Source: Candidatus Harrisonbacteria bacterium (GTDB taxonomy: Bacteria; Patescibacteriota; Minisyncoccia; UBA6257; 02-FULL-45-10c). From it: a stretch of DNA of 64,000 bases. This document shows, piece after piece, positions 55,860-64,000 of the stretch. Position 1 is the stretch's first letter. Every line of letters begins with the position of its first letter. A program made the translations under genes and the position numbers. Location: positions 14,785 to 78,784 of the forward strand of contig JACROC010000007.1 in the NCBI GenBank assembly GCA_016214655.1. Reading direction: 5' to 3'. The notes under the pieces are model-generated. The model searched no databases, was not told the origin of the DNA, and was given only the letters and a program-made list of their open reading frames with translations.

Positions 55860-56405
55860 TTAATCTTCCTTATAAAATTCTGGGTTTTTTGCAATAAGTC
55901 TGTTTTTAAGCCATTCATATCTCCTTGCGGTGTCCGGATTTGAAAGAACATATTCCCGAGTTCTAACTTCTCCTTCCGGAACTATTCGCCTAATACCCGG
56001 TTCAAATTGACTTACGCTTAAATCTACTTCTATATCTATCAATTTCGTTTGATCCCTGCGACCAGTGCGGCGTAAAATAAAATTCTTATGGACATCTTCT
56101 GCCAGTTCACCATTTCCGGGTAAAAGATTCCAATAATGGCTCCGCATATGCGCATATTTCGGAAAACTCTCCAAAGATGCACGGAGCAGATTGCCGCCCA
56201 AAAAATCTTGAACTATTAAGGCAATCACCGCGCAATGTCCGTAAGCGGGATTATCTTCTGACCAATGTTCCATACAAGAGGTTGTTTCTAAATCACAGCA
56301 TTCCAATAAATCCAACTCCAACATCTCAAGAAATGCACCCAACGCTAAATCTATGCAATATTGTCCTTGTGTACGCGCCCTCATCCAATACATCGGCCTG
56401 CGCAT
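55860..56405 (-). CDS. hypothetical protein
   Basis: 181 aa. Confidence 0.45.
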   Translation of the reverse strand: MRRPMYWMRARTQGQYCIDLALGAFLEMLELDLLECCDLETTSCMEHWSEDNPAYGHCAVIALIVQDFLGGNLLRASLESFPKYAHMRSHYWNLLPGNGELAEDVHKNFILRRTGRRDQTKLIDIEVDLSVSQFEPGIRRIVPEGEVRTREYVLSNPDTARRYEWLKNRLIAKNPEFYKED

Positions 56406-56491
56406 TATTTTTTCCTACAAAGAACAAAGCTGACTCTATGTTATCAGTCTTATATTAGCGATGTCAATTTTTTATCTATATAATAAACTTA

Positions 56492-56935
56492 ATGAAATAT
56501 CTGTCAGAAAATAGAAAAGCGCAGTTTGATTACGAAATTCTGGAAACCTATGAAGCGGGCCTGGTTTTGACTGGCCAAGAAGTGAAATCAATCAAAGCCG
56601 GGCATGCAAATCTGACTGGTTCATATGTCATCATAAAACCTAATGGGGCTTTCTTAATCAATGCCCAGATACCGCCATATCAGCCTAAAAATTCGCCGCC
56701 AGATTATGAACCATCAAGAACGCGGCAATTGCTTTTGCGCAAAGAAGAATTGAAATATCTCCTAGGTAAAGCTAAGGAAGGAAATTTGACTATGGTGCCA
56801 CTTTCGTTGTATAATAAAGGCCGCCGACTAAAGATCTCCATCGGCCTAGCTCGGTACAAGAAAAAACAGGACAAACGTGAGACAATTAAGAAAAGAGAGT
56901 TTGAGAGAGAGGCGCGCAGAACGTTGAAAGAATAA
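56492..56935 (+). CDS. smpB: SsrA-binding protein SmpB
   Basis: NRKAQFDYEILETYEAGLVLTGQEVKSI N-terminus typical of SmpB. Confidence 0.85.
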   Translation: MKYLSENRKAQFDYEILETYEAGLVLTGQEVKSIKAGHANLTGSYVIIKPNGAFLINAQIPPYQPKNSPPDYEPSRTRQLLLRKEELKYLLGKAKEGNLTMVPLSLYNKGRRLKISIGLARYKKKQDKRETIKKREFEREARRTLKE

Positions 56936-56939
56936 ATAT

Positions 56940-57309
56940 GGGGATGAAAAGCTTCGACAATTTATTTTCTGTCAGGTTCGCAAGCTGAGCTGAATTAACT
57001 CGTAAAACTAATTCAAAATTATAAGTGCAAACTTATTCAATCGTCAGCCAGCTTACGCTTTAGCGTAATTTATCCCGGCCTTAGCGTCGGGACTGGCCAT
57101 CGATCAGCCAAAGCTTGATAGGCTGCCAATCGGTGTCATACATCAAGCTCTGCCTTGATAAACCGAGTATCAAAGCGAATTGCAATCGGTAAAGAGAATA
57201 GCGTATTTTGTTAGATCTAAACGTTATTCTCTATAAATTTAATCTAACTAAGCTTGTAGAAAATTTGGCGGGTATAATTTGGACGCGGATGCAATTTCCG
57301 CCATCTCCA
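56940..57309 (+). ncRNA. ssrA: tmRNA (SsrA)
   Basis: 5' GGGGATGAAAAGCTTCGAC (consensus GGGG.UGA..GGAUUCGAC); 3' GGACGCGGATGCAATTTCCGCCATCTCCAC (E. coli GGACGCGGGUUCAACUCCCGCCAGCUCCACCA); acceptor GGGGATG pairs with CATCTCC; tag ORF 57027-57068 GCA.. = ANLFNRQPAYALA stop. Confidence 0.7.
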
Positions 57310-57395
57310 CAAATAAAAAAGACGGTCCCATAACCGCCCATAACTTTTCTGCCTGACTATCAAACTAAAATTTACCTCTACAAAAATCATTAGAA

Positions 57396-58454
57396 TCAAT
57401 TTTTAAGAAAGGGAAGGACTGTTTCGGGATTAATCTCATGTTTTCTGCCTGGATTAACTTCAAGAACGATCGCGTCCTTAGCTCCCTGATCTTCATAAAT
57501 TCGTTGAGCCCGATGAAAAATGCTAATTACGGCAGGAGTGTAATACTTATCGTCTCTCCCGAAATGAACAAGGAGTTTCCGTGGTGCTATGAGGCCAGCC
57601 ACATCAGAGAATTCAGCAGCTTCCTCAAATTGACTGAAATGTTGGCATGCATGGTGATAATTGGTATTGATACAAGCATACGGGAAAAACATTCCCGAAA
57701 TAACCGTCCGTTGTATTGCCGGATTCAAAGCAGAAAAATGTAAGGCAATGTAACCTCCAAGTGAATGGCCCACAACGTTAAGGCTTCGAAAATTCTTATA
57801 TCGCTGTTTAGCGAACTCCGTAACAGAAAACATATCAGCGAGAACTTCTCGTAAAAATTCTCCATCTGCTTTCTTTCGGATATAAGCACCGTGCCCCTTA
57901 TGGTTGATTTCGAATTCTCCAAAGCTTCTAATTTCGGGTGCCAAAACTACAAAACCGGCGCGGGCAAGCTGCGAACCCAAACCTCGCATCTGAGATTTAA
58001 CGTTTGTCATATCATCAATTGATTCATGATGACCATGAATAAGTAAGACAACATCAGCTCGATCGTCGCTTAGAGTAGTTTTCGAACTTAAAATAAGAAC
58101 CGGGATCATCTGGCCATCAAAAGGAGATTTAATAGTCACGTGTGTTTTCATCATCCCATCGTCATGTCCTTGCATAATTTCAGGATATCCCAATGTAAAG
58201 GTTAAATCTTTTGCTGTCTCATTCAAATTCTGCAGACCAAGATCGTATTGCATTTGCTGAACCAATTTACTTCTCCAAACAGTATACGACTGGCCCCGAT
58301 CGACTACGGTCATTTCATAACCCAATATCCCTTTTCTTTCTGAGGGGGTAAGGCATTGCCGGGGCGTCGCACAACCTGCAAAAAAAACGAATACTGATAT
58401 AAAAATTCTTGCAAGATTATCTATTAGCCACGAACTACGATAAGTCTGCATCAC
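57396..58454 (-). CDS. alpha/beta hydrolase (dienelactone-hydrolase-like)
   Basis: VVGHSLGG nucleophile elbow; signal or TM N-terminus. Confidence 0.55.
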   Translation of the reverse strand: MMQTYRSSWLIDNLARIFISVFVFFAGCATPRQCLTPSERKGILGYEMTVVDRGQSYTVWRSKLVQQMQYDLGLQNLNETAKDLTFTLGYPEIMQGHDDGMMKTHVTIKSPFDGQMIPVLILSSKTTLSDDRADVVLLIHGHHESIDDMTNVKSQMRGLGSQLARAGFVVLAPEIRSFGEFEINHKGHGAYIRKKADGEFLREVLADMFSVTEFAKQRYKNFRSLNVVGHSLGGYIALHFSALNPAIQRTVISGMFFPYACINTNYHHACQHFSQFEEAAEFSDVAGLIAPRKLLVHFGRDDKYYTPAVISIFHRAQRIYEDQGAKDAIVLEVNPGRKHEINPETVLPFLKN

Positions 58455-58674
58455 GGCACCCTCCTTTGATTAATTTAATAAGAACCAAAAATAATATAAC
58501 ACATCTTTGCGAAATACACAAATCCCGTCGTCTCCACCAAAAGAAAAGCTGCTATAATGGCAGTTTTTCTTTTTATAGCGAATCTATTTATATTTGACAT
58601 AAAGATAATTTTATTATATTATCTATATAACTTATGGCTAATAGCTGTAAACTGCACCTTGAAAGGAGGCAAAA

Positions 58675-59405
58675 TGGAACACCCGGGAGAAGAGAATCTT
58701 GATCCAGACCTCTTGGCCCTCATAAAAAAGTCCGAAGAAGACGGCGGCATCTCCTTGAAGGATGTGCCGAAGAATTCCCTCGCCCATATTCATACACAAA
58801 ATACCGTTTACATTATCGCAGTTATCGATGAGAAATCCGGCAAAGCTGCTGTTACCAGTAACGGCAAACATGTCACGCAACCGGAAATCTGCTATTTAAG
58901 AGGATCCACTTTTGGCGGATCAATGATAAAAGTCGATTGGATAGGCATAGGAATGCACCTAGAGATGGCTCTCGCAGATGGCCGCGTTTTAACCACTTCA
59001 CAGATAAAAATGGTCCGCTTTAAGGCCGATCACCAGAACGCGCGGCAAACCATGATTGAATCTGCCCAAAGCCGGGAGCCGAAGCCTATAAGCAAAGAGG
59101 AATTTCTGCAAAATCTAGAAAAATTTATAACAGATAAATTCCCAGAAAACATCCGCCCCGATGCAAAGCAGATGATAGAAAGATTTTCTCTTAACGGCAG
59201 GTTTGCAATCGCCAGCGTACTCGCAATCGCCCAAGAACATGATAAATTCCGCAAAGCCATGGCCACTCTAAACCGCTTCTATGCTGAACACTGGGCATAC
59301 CAACATCCAGAAGTCAGGGGCGACCCGGGCTTCACGCCAAGCAATGCGTTCTATCTTGAAAGAGTATATAAAGAATTAAATCTCCCCTTACCTGGAAAAA
59401 AATAA
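58675..59405 (+). CDS. hypothetical protein
   Basis: start MEHPGEENLD with AAAGGAGG RBS; leader agctgtaaactgcaccttgaaaggagg resembles plus-strand cassette leaders. Confidence 0.5.
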
Positions 59406-59443
59406 CAAAAAAACCGCTAGGGCTATCCCTGGCGGTTTCCTTT

Positions 59444-60244
59444 TTAAAATAAAACTAATCCGTCATACGCAACGCTCACTTTAGTATTTTTATTTTGAAC
59501 AATCCTTATCGCTTCTTTGTGCGGTGGCCACTCTACTCCGATTTGAGTTAAAAGGGCTTGCTTGGGTTTTACTTTATCCACTAATGCCAATGCCTCTTTT
59601 AAATTCATATGCCAGGGCGTTTGTTTTTTGTACATTGCCGAATCTAATATCAGCGCATCGGCATTTTTCATTTTTACCAAACTTCCTTTTGGTACTTTCT
59701 TGACATCGGAAATATATACAACTCTCTTCTCGTGGTTTTGGATAATATATCCAAGTGTAGGAAATTCTTTTTTGTTAGTAGTATGCTCTACCCTAATTCC
59801 TTCCACAATCAATGAATTTACAAAAATCCGTATTCCCGGCTTAATCGGCTGAAAATTGATAAAATCAGGATCGCGGAATATTTTTTTAATCCGCGCTATT
59901 GTTTCTGATTCAGCAAACACAAAAATGCACTCCTGGCCAAGCCGCTTTAAAATATTTTTTAACCTTAAGATACCGCCCATTGCATCCTTATGCGCGTGGG
60001 TGATGAACACCGCATCAATTCTATTGATATCTCTAAGCAGACCCCATTGTTCCCAAATGTCCTCAGTAACATCAAAAAGCACGTTCCGCCCGCCGCACTC
60101 AATAAATATAGAAGATTGGGTGCGCCTGCTCTTTGAACCCATATTTCGCGCATCCTCGCATGCTGGAGTAAAACATTGTTTCCGCGGAATCCGGCCAGCT
60201 GGTCCAGTGCCTAAAAAAGTAACCTTGATTCCCTTAACATCCAC
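59444..60244 (-). CDS. MBL-fold metallo-hydrolase
   Basis: FITHAHKDAMGG (HxHxDH) motif. Confidence 0.6.
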   Translation of the reverse strand: MDVKGIKVTFLGTGPAGRIPRKQCFTPACEDARNMGSKSRRTQSSIFIECGGRNVLFDVTEDIWEQWGLLRDINRIDAVFITHAHKDAMGGILRLKNILKRLGQECIFVFAESETIARIKKIFRDPDFINFQPIKPGIRIFVNSLIVEGIRVEHTTNKKEFPTLGYIIQNHEKRVVYISDVKKVPKGSLVKMKNADALILDSAMYKKQTPWHMNLKEALALVDKVKPKQALLTQIGVEWPPHKEAIRIVQNKNTKVSVAYDGLVLF

Positions 60245-60266
60245 ACTTTTATTATATAATTAAAAC

Positions 60267-60905
60267 ATGGCAGAAACTAACAAAATAAAAATTCCGCTTA
60301 CATCAATTACACTTGAAGGAATCTTTAAAATCCCGCCGAAAGCCAAGGGGGCCGTTATTTTCGTCCACGGCAGCGGCAGCAGCCAGCTAAGCCCAAGAAA
60401 TACCTATGTCGCAGAAATTCTGCAAAAAGCTGGGTTCGCCACCCTGCTATTTGATCTTCTTACCGAGAAAGAAGACCAATTGTATGAAAACCGATTTAAT
60501 ATTACGCTTTTAACCGAACGCCTAATAGAGGTTACCAAATGGCTTAAAAAGCAGCCAAAGACCAATAATTTGACTACCGGCTATTTCGGCGCCAGCACAG
60601 GCGCAGCTGCCGCACTTGAAGCCGCTGCCAGACTCGGCACCGATATAAAAGCAATTGTTTCAAGAGGCGGGAGGCCGGATTTAGTCAAAATAAAAAAATT
60701 AAAAACTATCCAAACACCAACTCTTTTAATAGTCGGCGGGAAAGACGACGTAGTTCTTCGGCTTAACGAGCAAACACTGCAACTTCTGGATGCGGAAAAA
60801 AAATTAGAAATCGTGCCCGACGCCACTCATCTTTTTGAAGAACCAGGCACCCTCGAAAAGGTCGCGGAACTTGCATCTAATTGGTTTAAAAAATATCTAC
60901 TGTGA
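60267..60905 (+). CDS. dienelactone hydrolase-family alpha/beta hydrolase
   Basis: IFVHGSGSS, GYFGASTGAAAAL nucleophile region. Confidence 0.55.
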   Translation: MAETNKIKIPLTSITLEGIFKIPPKAKGAVIFVHGSGSSQLSPRNTYVAEILQKAGFATLLFDLLTEKEDQLYENRFNITLLTERLIEVTKWLKKQPKTNNLTTGYFGASTGAAAALEAAARLGTDIKAIVSRGGRPDLVKIKKLKTIQTPTLLIVGGKDDVVLRLNEQTLQLLDAEKKLEIVPDATHLFEEPGTLEKVAELASNWFKKYLL

Positions 60906-61543
60906 TTTTCAAAGACCGCCAGGATGCCGGAAAAAAATTAGCGGCAAAACTGTTAAAATATAAAAATAATCCGGATGTAATTATTTTAGGATTGCCTCGC
61001 GGCGGAGTTATTGTAGCATATGAAATAGCGCGGGAACTAAATCTGCCGCTGGATGTAGTGGTACCCAGGAAAATCGGCACACCTGGAAATCCGGAACTTG
61101 CCATCGGAGCTATAACCGAAGACGGCCAAAATTTTTTCGACGAAAAAATGATAAATGATTATAGGATCGGCAAGGACTATATTAATGACGAAATAGAAAA
61201 AGAAAAAACCGAGGCAGAACGGAGATTAAAAATTTACCGCGGCAAAAGGCAACCGCTTAATTTAAAAAGTAAAATAGCTATATTAGTTGATGATGGAATT
61301 GCCACTGGCGCGACCATGATCGCCAGCATCCGATCGGCCAAAAATAAAGGCGCTAAACAAGTAATAGTGGCTGTGCCGACCACCGCCAGCGACTCCTTAA
61401 AAAAAATTAGCCAAGAAGCGGATAGGGTTATCTATTTGGATGCTCCGCTGCTCTTTTTTGCCGTAGGTGAATTCTATCAGGACTTCCCGCAAACTACAGA
61501 TGCAGAAGTGATAGAATTATTAAGTAAGGCCAAACAGCCATGA
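60902..61543 (+). CDS. phosphoribosyltransferase
   Basis: ILVDDGIATGATM PRPP-binding motif. Confidence 0.6.
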   Translation: MIFKDRQDAGKKLAAKLLKYKNNPDVIILGLPRGGVIVAYEIARELNLPLDVVVPRKIGTPGNPELAIGAITEDGQNFFDEKMINDYRIGKDYINDEIEKEKTEAERRLKIYRGKRQPLNLKSKIAILVDDGIATGATMIASIRSAKNKGAKQVIVAVPTTASDSLKKISQEADRVIYLDAPLLFFAVGEFYQDFPQTTDAEVIELLSKAKQP

Positions 61544-62427
61544 AGTTACTTTTTACCACCAACAGCAATCCGGATCTCACTAAATTACTAATCCGTAAGG
61601 CCGGCCTTCGGCTGGGAAAATACCAATTGGGACGCTTCGTAGATAAAGAAATAAAATTGGAGCTGAAGGAAGAAGTAAGAGGAAAGGAAGTTTGTGTATT
61701 AGGATCCAGCTTTTCTCCGCCTGAAAATCTACTGGAGCTATTAATCTTAATAAACACCTTAAAAATAAACGGCGTCAAAAAAATAACGGCCATTATTCCA
61801 TATTTCGGCTATTCCCGGTCTGACCATCAATACCTGCCAGGTACGCCAATTAACGCGAGGCTGATGGCTCAATTAATTGAGACTGCCGGCGCCACAAAAA
61901 TAATTACTCTGAGCCTACACGGCAAAACAAAAAAATTTTTTCGGATACCGATAACTCATTTGAGCGCCATGCCGCTTCTAGCGGATTATGTGAAAAAACT
62001 AAAAATTAAAAATCTGGTGGTTGCCTGCCCGGACAAAGGCGGCATTCCCCTGGCGAAAGAATTTGCCCGCGCCCTGAAAATTAAAAACATCTTAACCTTG
62101 GAAAAAAGCCACCCCACACCCCAGCAAACGAAGGTAATAAAAATTTCTGGCGATCCGCGCGATAAAAATATAGTGCTGGTTGACGACATGATACAATCCG
62201 GGGGCACGATCATTAAAGCCGCCGAAGCCCTGAGGGCGAGTGGCGCAAAAATTATTTATGTGGCCGTAGCTCACCTCGTTTCTACGGGACCAGCACTCAA
62301 TAAATTAAAAACAGCGAGAACTATTAAACAAGTTATTATCACAAATTCAGTCCCTATTAAAAATTTGCCAAAAAAATTAAAGATTGTAGATATAAGCGGC
62401 TTAATAGCCCGGCATCTGTACAAATAG
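61540..62427 (+). CDS. prs: ribose-phosphate pyrophosphokinase
   Basis: VVACPDKGG and VLVDDMIQSGGTI motifs. Confidence 0.8.
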   Translation: MKLLFTTNSNPDLTKLLIRKAGLRLGKYQLGRFVDKEIKLELKEEVRGKEVCVLGSSFSPPENLLELLILINTLKINGVKKITAIIPYFGYSRSDHQYLPGTPINARLMAQLIETAGATKIITLSLHGKTKKFFRIPITHLSAMPLLADYVKKLKIKNLVVACPDKGGIPLAKEFARALKIKNILTLEKSHPTPQQTKVIKISGDPRDKNIVLVDDMIQSGGTIIKAAEALRASGAKIIYVAVAHLVSTGPALNKLKTARTIKQVIITNSVPIKNLPKKLKIVDISGLIARHLYK

Positions 62428-62454
62428 GTTTAAATTTGCTATTATTTTAAAATC

Positions 62455-62952
62455 TTGGTTAAAACGAATGAAAAAATAACCGCTCTTGAATTGCGGGTGA
62501 TAGATGAAGCTGGCGCTAATTTGGGCATTTTAACGCCGCAGGAGGCGCTGAAATTGGCAAAAGAAAAAGGGTTAGATTTGATAGAAATCGCGCCAACAGC
62601 CAAACCGCCGGTAGCCAAGATAATGAGCTACGATAAATACCGCTATCAGGAAACAAAAAAGCTTAAAAAACAAAGAGCGCAACAAAAAATCCAGGAATTA
62701 AAACAGGTGCGAATCAGCGCCAGAGCGGCAGAACACGACCTTCAGATCAAAGCCAATCTGGTAAACGAATTCCTTGAAGAGGGTAATGTAGTAGAAATAC
62801 AGTTAGTTCTCCGAGGACGGGAAAAAGCTCATAAAGATTGGGCTAAGCAAAAATTATTGGATTTTCTAAAAATAATAATGCCGGAGCATAAAGTGCTGCT
62901 TGAACCAAAATACGGCATGAGAGGATTTAATATGCAGATAGTAAAAAAGTAA
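62455..62952 (+). CDS. infC: translation initiation factor IF-3
   Basis: ELRVIDEAGANLGILTPQEALKLAKEKGLDLIEIAP; probable non-ATG (TTG/ATA) start. Confidence 0.8.
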   Translation: MVKTNEKITALELRVIDEAGANLGILTPQEALKLAKEKGLDLIEIAPTAKPPVAKIMSYDKYRYQETKKLKKQRAQQKIQELKQVRISARAAEHDLQIKANLVNEFLEEGNVVEIQLVLRGREKAHKDWAKQKLLDFLKIIMPEHKVLLEPKYGMRGFNMQIVKK

Positions 62953-63046
62953 CCGATACAAAACTACGAATTGATGCGAATCTACGAAAATTTATTTTGT
63001 TTGTTATTTGTGGATTCGGATGCATTTGTAGTTTGGCATCGCTATC

Positions 63047-63220
63047 ATGAATAAAAGTCTCAGAAAAAGATTTAAAATAACCGGAACGGGAAAAATCATG
63101 CGCCGGAAAATGGCGCAGGATCATTTTCGCGCTAAAAAAACCGGGAAACAAATCCGCGGAAAACGTAAAGGCTTGTCTTTAAGTAAAGTTGATGCTAGAG
63201 TATTTCGGAAACAGTTCTAA
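63047..63220 (+). CDS. rpmI: 50S ribosomal protein L35
   Basis: 57 aa MNKSLRKRFKITGTGKIMRRKMAQDHF..; under 60 aa so absent from ORF track; infC-rpmI-rplT order. Confidence 0.7.
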   Translation: MNKSLRKRFKITGTGKIMRRKMAQDHFRAKKTGKQIRGKRKGLSLSKVDARVFRKQF

Positions 63221-63239
63221 TGACCTCTAAATAAAAACT

Positions 63240-63584
63240 ATGAGCAGAGTCAAGCGCGGCGTTATTGCAACCAAAAGACGCCGAAAAATATTAAAATATA
63301 CCAAAGGATTCCGCTGGGGACGGAAATCTAAAGAAAGGGCTGCTAAGGAGGCGCTCCTTCATGCCTGGTCCCATGCTTTCCAAGGACGCAAACAGAAAAA
63401 GCGCGATTATCGCGCACTTTGGAATGTCCGAATCAATGCCGCCGCCAGGGAAAATGGAATAAAATACAGCGAATTGGTTCATAAACTAAAAAAGGCTGAT
63501 GTGAAGCTAGACCGCAAGATACTCGCAGATCTAGCCAGAAATGAACCGAGGGTATTTGCTAAGGTTTTAGAAAAAGTAAAATAA
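63240..63584 (+). CDS. rplT: 50S ribosomal protein L20
   Basis: MSRVKRGVIATKRRRKILKYTKGFRW typical L20 N-terminus. Confidence 0.85.
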   Translation: MSRVKRGVIATKRRRKILKYTKGFRWGRKSKERAAKEALLHAWSHAFQGRKQKKRDYRALWNVRINAAARENGIKYSELVHKLKKADVKLDRKILADLARNEPRVFAKVLEKVK

Positions 63585-63594
63585 AAAGCAGTCG

Positions 63595-63981
63595 TTAGAC
63601 TGCTTTTTCTTTCCTGCGGAGATGGTCATTGGCATTTTTAAGTATGGCTTTACTATTTCTATGCTTTAATAACCTCTGTGCGTCGTTATGTAAAAACCAG
63701 CCATAACCTTCATGTTCCCAAGAAATTTTAACTTCCGGCTTAATCGCCTGCGCTAAAAAGAAAATGACAATCTTAAAAAACTTCTGACCCTCACGCTGAT
63801 AAATATACTTATCGGTCACTTTAAAATTCCTGTCTACGCGGAGCGAACGGGATGAAATACCAGTTTCTTCGACTACTTCACGAAGCGCCGCATCGTATCC
63901 CCGCTCACCAGCCTCCAATTTTCCTTTTGGAAAATTCCAATATCCCTTGCCGTGGTAAAGCAAGAGATATTTAGTTTCCAC
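63595..63981 (-). CDS. NUDIX hydrolase
   Basis: Nudix box GKLEAGERGYDAALREVVEETGI. Confidence 0.65.
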   Translation of the reverse strand: METKYLLLYHGKGYWNFPKGKLEAGERGYDAALREVVEETGISSRSLRVDRNFKVTDKYIYQREGQKFFKIVIFFLAQAIKPEVKISWEHEGYGWFLHNDAQRLLKHRNSKAILKNANDHLRRKEKAV

Positions 63982-64000
63982 TTTTCCATCTCGATCCTTT

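Noticed and set aside
62455-62457. infC start annotated as Met
   Set aside because: The track's first codon is TTG. IF-3 genes typically use rare start codons (AUU/AUA/UUG) for autoregulation, so the exact start is uncertain. The gene call itself is kept.

Overview
The window looks like a low-GC (about 40%), small-genome bacterium of Patescibacteria/CPR type. The evidence is compact housekeeping genes (rny, rnj, gpmI, trpS, ileS, argS, smpB+ssrA, infC-rpmI-rplT, prs, hup, secG) and many small secreted or membrane ORFs of unknown function.

Three regions stand out.

(1) Positions 9.3-30.4 kb form an accessory region of about 25 small, mostly minus-strand gene cassettes. Twelve of them carry a near-identical promoter and 5'-UTR module (TTGACA-17-TAAKAT, then leader CAGCAGTTAACGTTCGTTGAAAAGGAGG). 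The cassette junctions carry a 30-40 nt repeat in fixed chromosomal orientation. Variant 1 of this repeat begins with the exact 3' end and flank of tRNA-His, the gene that terminates the array at 30322-30393. Variant 2 loosely resembles the tRNA-Pro 3' end. This is the architecture expected from repeated site-specific integration of small elements at a tRNA 3' end, as in integron or tycheposon-like arrays. No recombinase is visible in the window.

(2) Positions 30.3-35.2 kb are a tRNA-rich hotspot (His, Pro, Arg-TCT, an intron-containing tRNA, Leu-TAA, Gly-TCC). It contains a 17-nt direct repeat of the tRNA-Pro 3' end, a roughly 400-bp insert of about 65% GC carrying one small gene, a tRNA interrupted by a roughly 227-nt group I intron next to a free-standing HNH endonuclease, and a roughly 630-nt GC-rich noncoding region driven by a perfect sigma70-type promoter.

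(3) The housekeeping half shows unusual gene-internal features. IleRS carries an inserted histidine-phosphatase (PGAM-like) domain. In-frame tandem oligonucleotide repeats (TTAGGG-like, GTCGTAG x3, CTTGACG x4) sit inside ileS, argS and a truncated uvrC-like gene. A tmRNA gene lies immediately downstream of smpB.

All calls come from reading the sequence and ORF translations by eye. No database searches were run.
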